DNA of 64,000 nucleotides, from positions 142,103 through 206,102 of the forward strand of contig JAXLZM010000002.1 in the NCBI GenBank assembly GCA_046350855.1. Direction: 5' to 3'. Source of the DNA: Candidatus Anderseniibacteriota bacterium (GTDB lineage: Bacteria; Patescibacteriota; JAUYIX01). Below are positions 43,174 through 52,980 of this stretch, piece after piece (positions within the stretch are counted from its first letter, which is position 1; each line of letters begins with the position of its first letter). The position numbers were made by a program, and so were the translations under genes. Below the pieces are notes generated by a model that did no database searches, had not been told where the DNA came from, and worked only from the letters and a program-made list of their open reading frames with translations.

Positions 43174-43463
43174 TAGCGCAGGATACTTGGCAAAATATCT
43201 TTTGTCTCGTCATTGATAAATGGCTGAACTGCTTCTCGGCATACTTCAAGTGCGCCACGACCAAAGAGCTGTTCATAGTGGAGCACGAGTTCTTTGATAA
43301 CCCGTTTTGGATCCCCAACAACGGCGACATACTTTTTTATGGGATCAAGCTTGATTCCATAAACTAGCGTTGCCTGCTCCCAGGCAAGTGGTCCGACGAT
43401 CTTTGCTTGTGCCTCAATGATAGCGCTGACAATCGCAGAGCTGATTTTTAAGGGCGGAGTCAT
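43173..43463 (-). CDS. Small soluble protein, module-B copy 2
   Basis: II..Q.KIVGPLAWEQA...G...PK.V..ELV..YE.LFG..A.EVCR.A...LPSIL; paralog of 44351-44629 and 50930-51211. Confidence 0.85.
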   Translation of the reverse strand: MTPPLKISSAIVSAIIEAQAKIVGPLAWEQATLVYGIKLDPIKKYVAVVGDPKRVIKELVLHYEQLFGRGALEVCREAVQPFINDETKDILPSILR

Positions 43464-43472
43464 TGCAGAATC

Positions 43473-44354
43473 TTATTTTTCTATTGACCACGATTTTTCT
43501 TTTGTGGGTGGTACCCTCAGCCTTTTCGGATTGAATTGTGCCAAGCCAAGCCCCAAGATGAAGAAAGTGACCGTGTAAAGAAAATCTGAAATGCTTCCAT
43601 TAAAGTACGATCCTTTGGTCGTCATATAGACGAACAAAAAGTCTGCGAAATACATCATAAAAAAACCAAGCAACAAAATGGGCATTGCCTTTTTAAAGAT
43701 TCCTCCAATGTATTTTTTCGTGAGCTTATACGTTAGAATCGTAAGACTCAATAGGATCGCGTCTCCAATTGGGTAATAGAAATCAAAGAAAAGCTTAGTT
43801 TTGCCGCCTGCCACATCAATGGTTCCATTACGAGCAACTATAAAAAGTAAATAATAAGAAACCAAAATCACAATTGCCGGTAATAGTGTTACTAACAACT
43901 TTCCGCCAGTTTTCTTTACAGCATATTTGGCTCCTGTACTGCGTAGTAGCAGAACAATACCAATGGTCCAGAATAGGGGACATGAGCCGAAAAAGATGTC
44001 CGCCATCGAAGGATAGGGAACCTCGACTCCCTTAAAAAAAAGATAGTAGTTCCACATAATCATGCCCCCGCCGAAGGCCGCTGTACCTATAGAGATAAAT
44101 ATTAGAGAACGACCTATAGAGCTTGACCACCAACCCCATCCACGAGCACTTGCTAGGCCCAAGAAGCCTCCAATAAGGGGAAGGAGTGCGACACCTGTTA
44201 AGTACGGCTTTATTCCGAACTCAAAGAGTTTTCCTTGAAGAACTCGAGCGTTTCCCGCGCCTACAATGTAATAAAGCCAAAAAAGAGTAGTCAGGCCGAA
44301 AATTAGACAAAGAATTATTATTCCTATACTTACGTTTTTTTGATTGTTTTTCAT
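43473..44354 (-). CDS. Multi-pass (~7-8 TM) membrane protein, module-A copy 2
   Basis: WG...S.IGR, PYPSMAD, FFDFYYPIGD, ADF.F; paralog of 44638-45468 and 50110-50922. Confidence 0.85.
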   Translation of the reverse strand: MKNNQKNVSIGIIILCLIFGLTTLFWLYYIVGAGNARVLQGKLFEFGIKPYLTGVALLPLIGGFLGLASARGWGWWSSSIGRSLIFISIGTAAFGGGMIMWNYYLFFKGVEVPYPSMADIFFGSCPLFWTIGIVLLLRSTGAKYAVKKTGGKLLVTLLPAIVILVSYYLLFIVARNGTIDVAGGKTKLFFDFYYPIGDAILLSLTILTYKLTKKYIGGIFKKAMPILLLGFFMMYFADFLFVYMTTKGSYFNGSISDFLYTVTFFILGLGLAQFNPKRLRVPPTKEKSWSIEK

Positions 44355-44629
44355 TTTAGGATGCTTGGTAACAATTCTTTACTTTCTTCATCAATTAGCG
44401 ACTTAACTGCTGCTCGACTAACTTGTCGTGCAGTTAATCCAAACAAAACTTCAAAATGTCGCACAAGTTCCTTTAGAACAACGGGCGCGACCCCAACAAC
44501 TTGAACTTTTTTACTTTGAAGATCAACCAAAAGCCCTGCCGTTTTTGTTGCCTCTTCCCAAGCAATCGGCCCAATAATCTTTGCATGCTCCTTGATGATA
44601 CTTTCTGCCATTTGATCGGCTAAGTCCAT
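44351..44629 (-). CDS. Small soluble protein, module-B copy 1
   Basis: DQMAESIIKEHAKIIGPIAWEEA...ELV..FE.LFG...LPSILK. Confidence 0.85.
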   Translation of the reverse strand: MDLADQMAESIIKEHAKIIGPIAWEEATKTAGLLVDLQSKKVQVVGVAPVVLKELVRHFEVLFGLTARQVSRAAVKSLIDEESKELLPSILK

Positions 44630-44637
44630 CGGAGTAT

Positions 44638-45468
44638 TTATTTGACCTCTTTAAAACGCTGCAATGCTACGCCTAATTGTAACAACGCAAGTGTCATTAC
44701 GAAGTAAGCAAAGAAACAAAGGAAATCGACGCTTCCAGCAACATAGTAGGTCCCGCGACCCGCTTGGTATAAAAATGCAAAATCAGTGCAGTATTGCATG
44801 ATAAGAGCAAAGATTAGAAAGAGTATCGGAGCTCGTATGATGCCTCCCAAGAAGTTGCGTGAGAGCGCAAAAACCAGCAAGGCTGCAGAAACATAAATTG
44901 CATCGCCAATCGGGTACCCCAAATCAAGAAAAGTCCGCAATGGTTGCGACCAATCAGGCGTATAACCTCTTAAGAAAAATATAGTAGTTATGCTGAGCAT
45001 AATTAGCGGTATAACGACAGCTAGAGTTTTGCCTTTAAAGAATCGCAATGATAATTCGTTGCGCATTGCTTTTGCTAATGCGATTGCCCCCAACATGTAT
45101 AAAATAACCGTTCCAAAGTAACCAACGTCGCCCCAGGAAGGATATGGAGTCGTAATGTTTTTTACGTAAACGTAATATTCGTACACGGCCTGCCCGATTA
45201 ATTGAAACCCAAATCCAATTGTTAAGAAGAGAAGAGCCCGGCCAAGTTGGCTTTTCCTGCCGCCCCATTTTTTTGCGATCATCAAGCCACAAACTAAGCC
45301 TGGCCCGACAATTAATGGGTAGAGCAGAGTCAAAAATAAAATTTCTACCCCATTCTCGACTCCACGAATATGAATCGTAACCCACCAAATTGCGATTGCT
45401 ACAAAATAGATCGTACAAATTCTTGCGACATAACTTCGTTTGAGGGTCTCGTACAAGCTTTTTATCAT
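44638..45468 (-). CDS. Multi-pass membrane protein, module-A copy 1
   Basis: WGGRKSQLGRA, PYPSWGDVGYFG, FLDLGYPIGDA. Confidence 0.85.
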   Translation of the reverse strand: MIKSLYETLKRSYVARICTIYFVAIAIWWVTIHIRGVENGVEILFLTLLYPLIVGPGLVCGLMIAKKWGGRKSQLGRALLFLTIGFGFQLIGQAVYEYYVYVKNITTPYPSWGDVGYFGTVILYMLGAIALAKAMRNELSLRFFKGKTLAVVIPLIMLSITTIFFLRGYTPDWSQPLRTFLDLGYPIGDAIYVSAALLVFALSRNFLGGIIRAPILFLIFALIMQYCTDFAFLYQAGRGTYYVAGSVDFLCFFAYFVMTLALLQLGVALQRFKEVK

Positions 45469-45491
45469 TGACTTATCTTACTTAATGAACC

Positions 45492-46817
45492 TTAAGAAAA
45501 TGTAGAATTCGAGGCCTCTGGTAAAACGGCTCGTAGTACGGTCCTATACTCATCTGCCTCCGGTATCGAGAGTTGGCCTCCGTGCGCACTCAAGATCCAA
45601 TGTGCGATATCGAGCTCAAGTCCTGTGATTCCTGCTTGTCGATCATCGCGCGTAGGTCGAGATTGTTTAATATCCTCTAACAAAACACGAAGCTGCCGTC
45701 CTTGACGTTGCGGGAGTGCGCTAAAAATAAGATCAATAGAATAGCTTGGTTTGGGCTGGTCATGGTGAAGCTCAACTAGCAAATCTTTTGGTGCCAAACG
45801 CAACGCACGCAATAGCAAGAGCTGCAAAAGCTTATATAGTAGTCCGGCATCGCCACGAATGAGGCTCGGCGTCCCTTCTATGAGAGTTGGACGCCAAATC
45901 AGTCGGCGGTTTTGGGTTTGTGCAAAATCCAGTGCGTACTCTACTGCATCGTCGACCAACAGCTCTAAATCAATCGGCTCAGCTTGAACCTGTATCTTGC
46001 CCGCCTCTGCGCGTGATAAATCCAGAATATGATCGATAAATTTCGTCATCCAAGAGACCTCGGCCTGCACTACCTTAAACTCAGCCGAGTCAGTAAGTCG
46101 CTCTTGCAAAGCAAAGGACATTACAACAACAGGGTTTTTGAGATCATGCGCCAACTGATCGAATTGCAAGGCATTATCGTGATCACGCTGATTAAGACGG
46201 TCATTGAGTCGCTGTAATGATTTTGTACTTTGCTGCAGCCTCGCTTTTATCTGTTCTAGCCGCAGCTGCTCATAGCGTCGCGCTTGAGCCAAGTCAAAGA
46301 GTACTGAGAGTTGATCGGCAAAACGTTGCAATGTTCTTCTGTCCCACTCTGTCCACGGGTCACCATTGTGTTTTGATCCAAAACAAAGAACGGCCTTGCG
46401 GTCATTGCCAATGGCTATTTGTAGTTTGGCATTGAGATTAACTGTACCCAGTTCTTGTAGTTCTAACGGAGCTTGAGTTGTAGTGCCAAGTGTTTTAATA
46501 GTCAGGGGAATAAGCTGCGCAAGAGGGGTAACAAGGATAAGCCGCTGTATCAATCCTTCTAGGAGCTCTTGGTAATCAAAAGAGCCCTTATAAATATGCT
46601 CTCGTGCCAATCGTTCTCCAGTTGGCACAAGTTGTGCCATGACAATTGCAATCAGGCTAATCACGAAAACAATACCTATAAGACGAGCGGTTGGGTATTG
46701 AAACAGTAACTTGTTAGTGCTGTTAAGTAGGATATAACTCGCCGGCCCAAGCAGTACAAGTATGCTGAAGTATAAAGCAATATAACGGCTCACGACGACA
46801 AGTAGATAGCGCTTCAT
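45492..46817 (-). CDS. Membrane histidine-kinase-like protein: H-box intact, HATPase degenerate
   Basis: Two TM, GAF-like remnant, LAHDLKNPV, ILDLSRAEAG; N-box reads LQLLLLRALRL, no DxGxG, G2 reads GITGLEL. Confidence 0.75.
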   Translation of the reverse strand: MKRYLLVVVSRYIALYFSILVLLGPASYILLNSTNKLLFQYPTARLIGIVFVISLIAIVMAQLVPTGERLAREHIYKGSFDYQELLEGLIQRLILVTPLAQLIPLTIKTLGTTTQAPLELQELGTVNLNAKLQIAIGNDRKAVLCFGSKHNGDPWTEWDRRTLQRFADQLSVLFDLAQARRYEQLRLEQIKARLQQSTKSLQRLNDRLNQRDHDNALQFDQLAHDLKNPVVVMSFALQERLTDSAEFKVVQAEVSWMTKFIDHILDLSRAEAGKIQVQAEPIDLELLVDDAVEYALDFAQTQNRRLIWRPTLIEGTPSLIRGDAGLLYKLLQLLLLRALRLAPKDLLVELHHDQPKPSYSIDLIFSALPQRQGRQLRVLLEDIKQSRPTRDDRQAGITGLELDIAHWILSAHGGQLSIPEADEYRTVLRAVLPEASNSTFS

Positions 46818-48900
46818 ACAGAAATTCTTGTACTAACGTGTAATTCAACTAAAAACTGATTGCCTTGTGGTTCAACTCCGTCTTCCATTATTACAATCTG
46901 GGCATTGCCGCCATAGGCCTTTGCTAGCTTACGAACAATAGAAAGGCCAAGGCCGGTGCCTTTTTGGGTTACGCTACTGGCAGTACGGTAAAACGGTTCA
47001 AAAATCAGATCTTGCTCGTCTGGCGAAATTGGCTGGTTTTGATCCGTTACTTTAACCAAAAGACGTCCTGGAGAAACCGTAATACTACAGTCTATTTGAG
47101 TGTTCTTGATCGAATACTTGATAGCGTTTTCTATGAGATTATCGAGAATTTCTTCAAGATGGAGCGGCTTGATCGAAACCTGAGAGCACTTAGGTGAAGC
47201 TTTTACCGTAAGCGAAACGCTTTTTCGTGAGGCCAACTTTGCAAAACGAGTGTGTAACTTCTCAAGAAACATATCTATGTCGATCCATTCAACAAGGGGA
47301 GCGTCAACGATCTCAGTGCCACCAGATTGCTCGAACTCCTTGCTTAAGCTGACTAATTTTGCAACGGATTCCGTGATGGATTGTTGTGCTTCTTTGGGCA
47401 ACTCAATGGCACCACTTTGCACACCCGAAAGAACCACCGTTAACGGCGTGCGTAGTTCTCGGGCAACCGTTTTGAAAAATGCGGTACGATCTTGTAATTT
47501 TTTGTACAAGTTGGCGTTAGCTTGATGCAGCTGTTCTGTTTGTTGTTCAGTCACTAGCTGAACTTCAGCGACATGGTTTTTTCTTGTTCTTTGTAGTTGC
47601 TCTACCTCGGTTTTTGCAGCATACAGTGCGATATCTTTTTGGATACTCTCCACTTCTAGTGGAGTGAAAGCGATATTAAACTTCTTATGTCCCAATACGA
47701 AATAACCGTCTAAAGCAGGCAGGGCAAGAGAGACACGTTGCGGCCCCGTACCCGTTATGGTTCTAAAATGCTGGCCTAGTATGTAGTCCTTACTAATATC
47801 TATCGGATTCGCAAAACGCGTAGATGCAGCTTGTTCTTGTAGGCGGGCAGTTATTTCGTTGAACGCAATACTGCCTTCTGTTAGCGGTGCTTTGATTTTT
47901 CTATTAACCCAGACAACCCCAGTCAGCTGGTACTTTTCTACCAGTGATTGCAAAAAGCTTTTACGATTTGGCTGAATCTCGTGTTGTTTGTAGTCGCGTG
48001 TTATTTGACGACCCCAAAACCTATTCAGCAGTTGCTGGAGCACAATGACGATAAATAAGCCGGCGATAATTTGACTAAATACAGTTGTGCTTGAGTTTTG
48101 TTCAGCCTGATTACTGAGCCCTACCTTAGGCCAAAAAATAATAGTGATCAGGACGACACTTGTGATCGTCGCGAGTACCACATGCCTTGAGAACGTAACA
48201 GCGGTATTAATCGTCCCGTAACGTAGAACAACAAGACAAAGCGAATACAACAGCAAGAGACTCACAGAAAGATAGGAATAGTAGTAGGCGTAAAAATCTG
48301 CGATACCAAATGCTGAAATTACTGAAAAAGCGACTGCGTTTACTACGATCGCCAGAAAAAGCGATGCCGATAATTTTCATTGGTCGCCTATCGTTCAGCG
48401 ACATCTTTTTATGTTTGATAAAGAGCGCTATGCTGCAAGTGCCCAAAAGGATGGATAGGCTACTTGTGAAGCACAAAGTAAGGCAACTCGGTTCTGGTGA
48501 CAATATTTTGTATCGAGTAGTCATACTGCAAAACCAGGCCTTGCGGCAGTAAGTTCAGAATAATGGTGCCAGCATTAGTAATGGTGGAAAGTCCGACAAT
48601 AAAAAACGCGATACAGTGCGACTCGAATACGGAGGAAACTTGCCAATAAAAACAAATAAAAAATACAAAAACTCCAATAGGGGACGACGTGCTTAGCGAC
48701 CAAGCCAAAGATATAATCCGGTGGCTGGTGGTAGCCTGATCGTCGGCGGAATGTTAAGAGCGATCCACAGGACGAACGCCAAACAAAAAAGCCTGCCCAT
48801 TGGGAGGGGTAGCGATTTTTGGATTAGACTTTAAATAGCGCAATCGTGAGTAAAGCCGCAACTATCAAAAACGGCGAAAGCGATTATTGCTTGTGTAACG
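46814..48900 (-). CDS. Multi-TM histidine-kinase-like protein lacking the phospho-His; N-terminal membrane region frameshifted, start approximate
   Basis: VARELRTPLT, NLIENAIKYS, IFEPFYR, GTGLGLSIV; hydrophobic fragments at 48207-48900 continue the frame upstream. Confidence 0.75.
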
Positions 48901-49166
48901 CTAATACAGTTCAAGCAAGATCCTGAAAGGCTAGACGATCATGGCTTTATCGTCAAGGACTGCAATGAAAGAAAAAATTCATCCTGAAACCGTTCAAAAA
49001 TAGAGAGCGGATGCTGGGTACGGTAATAACCATCTTTATTTTTGAATTTGCGCCGAGCAGGACCAAACTGACAAAAACTTAAGAAAAGGTGAAATCGCTA
49101 TATTTTTGTGTAAAATAGCTCCACGACAAAATCCTGAATCTTGTACGAACTGTTAAGCCTACCCAA

Positions 49167-50064
49167 GTGCCCTTATCTGAGCTCCCACGACAAAAGCTTG
49201 AACTAACCGATCGACCAGGCATAGAGAGACTGCGAAAAGAGTTTCCGGCGTACTCAGATTTCAATTTTACAAGCCTCTGGTGCTGGATACTAAGAACGAT
49301 CTTACTTTCTCGGTTGTCGAAGGAAATCTTGCAGTAAAGTTTAATGATTATCTAACTGGAGATCCGTTTATTCGCATTCTTAGGTAAAAATCAAGCAGAG
49401 GCCGCAGAAAGGCTACTTCCGAACGGCAGCAGATAGAGGAAGCCATAAGGTTGAATTGCGTTTAGCGCCTGCTGAGTCTGTACAGTCGTTGGATGCTAGT
49501 AAGTATTATATCGCACCAGATGAAAACAACTTTGACTATCTCTTATCAACTGAAGAACTATCCTCATTTAAAGGAAATAAGTGGCGTGCGAAGAGTAACT
49601 TTGTTAACCGCTTCAAAAAAATGTATCGATCAAAAGTCATAGAGTTGGATCTGGGAGACCCATCGACTGAAAAAAAAATTAAAGGTTTATTCGGACTTTG
49701 GGCACAAAAAAAGGCACCCAACTCTAAAGATACAAAAAATGAAGGTATCGCAATTTCAAGGTTGTTGCAGTTCTCAAAACACTTTAAAACTGAATCAATA
49801 GGTTTAGAAATAGAAGGTGAACTGGTTGGTTTTTCAATAAATGAAATAACCTCCCCATCATCAGCTTTATTACATTTTGAAAAGGCTAATCTTAATTTCG
49901 TAGGCGTTTATGCTTACCTCATGCAACAAACCGCAGTCCATTTGCGCAATAAAGGATGTACGATATTAAACTATGAGCAAGATCTTGGGCTGCAAGGCTT
50001 AAAGAAAGCAAAGGCCTCTTATTTCCCCGTATCTTTTTTAAAAAAATACGTTGTTAGCAAATGA
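49167..50064 (+). CDS. DUF2156 / LPG-synthase C-terminal (Fem/GNAT-fold) protein; frameshifted 5' part, start approximate
   Basis: YSDFNFTSLWCW; NFDYL....L....G.K...K.N.VNRF; HFEKAN; NYEQDLG..GL.KAK.SY.P..FLKK. Confidence 0.8.
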
Positions 50065-50109
50065 CGCTAGTAAGGAATGCATACAATAATGTAAAATATT
50101 TGCACGAGC

Positions 50110-50922
50110 ATGTGGCACATATTTAAGAGACTCGTTTCTCGTGATTGGGCGGCAAAACAGCGTTGCTTATTTTTTAGCGCTGTTTGCATGGTGGTTTCTG
50201 TTACAAGTTTTGTATCAAGGACAAGATGCTGAAAAAAACTTAATTTGGGCGGCCACATATCAGCTCGTTGCTTTGCTTGGTGCTATTTTGGGGAATTTTT
50301 GTTTCGCGGTCTTGGGGTGGAACTAAAAGTGTTTTTGGTAGAGCAATTGGTGCGTTTGCGCTGGGTCTACTTTTCCAAACTATTGGACAAAGCGTCTTTA
50401 GTTTTTACAATTCCATTTTAAAAGTCGAAATTCCCTTATCCTCACTAGCAGATGTCGGTTTTTTTGGAAGCATTCCGTTGCATGTATATGGCGCAATTTC
50501 TTTAGGTAGAGCTTCGGGCGCCGTCGTTTCTCTGCGAAGATTCCGCAACCAACTTTCAGCCTTTTATTACCTGCGGCAGCGCTTTTGATTTCTTATTTAT
50601 TTTTCTTGAGGTTATGAGTTTGATTGGGAGTTCACCATTGCGGGTTTTTCTAGATTTTGCATATCCATTGGGACAAGCAACTTTATGTTTCTTTCGCATT
50701 GCTTGTTTTTATCATTACAAAAAATTCTCGGCGGCATTATGCGTCCCAGGGTACTTTTATTTTGATTGCCCTTTGCAGTACAGTACTTGGCCGATTATAC
50801 TTTCTTTTTCATATTTTCAGATTGATGCAACGAAGTGCAGGACTCTATTTATTTAGCTGCTTATTTGTTTATGTCGTTGGCATTGTTGCAAATAAATCGC
50901 GTTGGCATCCAAAGAGCTGTGA
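50110..50922 (+). CDS. Multi-pass membrane protein, module-A copy 3 (several frameshifts)
   Basis: Fragments WGGTKSVFGRA, FQTIGQ, SLADVGFFG, PLRVFLDFAYPLGQA match copies 1 and 2. Confidence 0.75.
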
Positions 50923-50929
50923 TCAGTTT

Positions 50930-51211
50930 TTGCGAAGTTACAAGACCAGATTGCTGCTAAGATCATAAAAGACCAAGAACTTATAATTGGTCCTTTCGCG
51001 TGGTCCGAAGCAAAGAAGGTGAAGGGCCGTGAGGGTCAACCCAAACACTAATCAAGCAGAAATCTTAGGAGCACCAAAAGTCGTTTTAGAGTCCTTGGTC
51101 AAAAGATACGCGCGCTTATTTGGTGATGCTTCTATCGAAGTTTGCAAGGATGCAGCAAGACCATTTATTGGAAAGTTTCCAAAGGCTGAGTTGCCAGCAA
51201 GTCTTCAATAG
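50930..51211 (+). CDS. Small soluble protein, module-B copy 3 (one frameshift near 51028; start approximate)
   Basis: QDQIAAKIIKDQELIIGPFAWSEAKKVKG + RVNP...PKVVLESLVKRYARLFGDASIEVCKDA...LPASLQ. Confidence 0.8.
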
Positions 51212-51229
51212 TTTTTAGGCTTCTAACTC

Positions 51230-52615
51230 ATGAAGGACCGCAAGAACTCAAAAAGCAGTTCTGATTCCGTCAGTACAGGATCACAGCAGATAAACCGTGA
51301 GCTCTATAAGCGGAACGCCGAATTGGCAGTACGCAACAAAACCCTGGCTCTCCTACGTAAGCTGGATGAGATTTCTTTACGGGCAATTGGGATTCAACCT
51401 ACGGCTCAGGAGATTGCTGGAGCGATCTCCGTCGAGTTTGGGTACGAGATTGTCTCAGTAGCAATCGCCATGCCTGAGAAAAAGGAGTTGCGCTGGCTCG
51501 CGCTCGCGTCTTCGGTACCGACCTACTCTGCTCTTTTTGGACAAGTTATTCCCGGTGAGTCAGATTTTTTGGCAAAAGCGCCTGCTAAAAAACTCGAGGG
51601 TCAGCTCCGCAAGGACACGTTTGTTAAGGGTATCGACAGTTTATTTCCCGATGACCTCAAGCAAAAAATTGGGGCTATCAAGGGTGACGCGATCTCCAGT
51701 ACGCTAGTTTACCCACTTGTTTTTGAGGAAAAGCCGATTGGCATTATTACGTTCAGCGCCATTCGAAATCTGCACGAACTCACTAAATACGAGCACGAAT
51801 CGATCGAGGGCATTGTCAGCCTAACCTCGCTCGCTCTCTACAAGGCAAAGCTTTTTGAGGACTTACAAACGACAACCGAGCAGTTACGCGAGGCCAACCA
51901 CCGACTTAAAGAGCTCATGGAAATCAAGACTCAGTTTTTGCATATTGCATCTCACCAATTGCGCACACCGCTCACGAGTCTCCGCGGCTTCTTAGACATG
52001 CAGGCGAGCGGGGATTTTGACAAGCTCACGCCGGATCGACGTAAAGAGCTCCAAAAAACGATGGCCATGGCTGGCGACCAACTCAATGCGCTGGTCAATG
52101 ATCTTCTTAATGCCATGGAACTTGAAGGTGGTGCGCCAAACATCAAGCCTATCGCAACTGACGTCTGGAAAGTTATCGAGGAAGCCGTCGTCACACTCCA
52201 GATCGCTTTCGACAAAAAGGGCCTCAAACTTGTTGCAAACAAGCCCGCCATTAAATTGCCGCAGATTCTTGCAGATGCCTCGTACCTCCGTCAGGTCTTC
52301 CTCAACTCTCTCGACAACGCGATGAAGTATACGCCCAAAGGCTCAGTCACGATTAGCGCCAAAGTAGCTGGCAAAAACATCGCTATTGACGTCACCGATA
52401 CCGGTATTGGTATCGACCCGCGCGACAAGCCCAAGCTCTTTGGTAAGTTCGTCCGCGGTGGCAATTCGGAGACGCAGCACACCACAGGCAGTGGTCTAGG
52501 ACTCTTTATCATGAAGCAAATCGTCCAGCAGCATCACGGTACGATTGAACTTAGGAGCGATGGCGTAGGCAAGGGGACGACCGTGCACATCGAGCTTCCA
52601 ATCCTTAAAGTCTAA
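51230..52615 (+). CDS. Soluble GAF-HisKA-HATPase histidine kinase
   Basis: No TM; GAF-like N-part; IASHQLRTPL, NSLDNAMKYT, DTGIG, GSGLGL, GVGKGTT. Confidence 0.93.
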   Translation: MKDRKNSKSSSDSVSTGSQQINRELYKRNAELAVRNKTLALLRKLDEISLRAIGIQPTAQEIAGAISVEFGYEIVSVAIAMPEKKELRWLALASSVPTYSALFGQVIPGESDFLAKAPAKKLEGQLRKDTFVKGIDSLFPDDLKQKIGAIKGDAISSTLVYPLVFEEKPIGIITFSAIRNLHELTKYEHESIEGIVSLTSLALYKAKLFEDLQTTTEQLREANHRLKELMEIKTQFLHIASHQLRTPLTSLRGFLDMQASGDFDKLTPDRRKELQKTMAMAGDQLNALVNDLLNAMELEGGAPNIKPIATDVWKVIEEAVVTLQIAFDKKGLKLVANKPAIKLPQILADASYLRQVFLNSLDNAMKYTPKGSVTISAKVAGKNIAIDVTDTGIGIDPRDKPKLFGKFVRGGNSETQHTTGSGLGLFIMKQIVQQHHGTIELRSDGVGKGTTVHIELPILKV

Positions 52616-52618
52616 GCA

Positions 52619-52966
52619 ATGAAGGCCTGGGGTAAATCGATCGCAATCGACTTATATCAATGCGATCACAAAAAAATGATCGATCCGGAAGGGCTTAAGA
52701 CCTTTATCGCTGAACTTATTAAGTCGGTAGACATGGTTGCACATGGACCGTGTTACGTAGAGCGCTTTGGCGAAGGCAAACTCTTGGGGTACTCGGCTAT
52801 GCAATTTATTGAAACTTCTGCAATTACTGTCCATCTAGACGAAGTCGATAGCCGTGCCTTTATTGATCTCTTTAGCTGCAAACAATTTGATGCAAAAAAA
52901 CCAACCGAACTTGCCATCAAATATTTTGGCGCAAAGCAACACAAGTTGACTGAGCTCAACCGCTAG
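52619..52966 (+). CDS. S-adenosylmethionine decarboxylase (SpeD)-family pyruvoyl enzyme
   Basis: IDLYQC, GYSAMQFIETSAITVH, AFIDLFSCK.FD. Confidence 0.88.
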   Translation: MKAWGKSIAIDLYQCDHKKMIDPEGLKTFIAELIKSVDMVAHGPCYVERFGEGKLLGYSAMQFIETSAITVHLDEVDSRAFIDLFSCKQFDAKKPTELAIKYFGAKQHKLTELNR

Positions 52967-52980
52967 CAGATAGTGTGGCC

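Noticed and set aside
48207-51030. Island centre as decayed pseudogenes
   Set aside because: Indels are confined to one ~3-kb block spanning four genes whose motifs are otherwise intact, which is more like a local quality drop. Real decay is not excluded.
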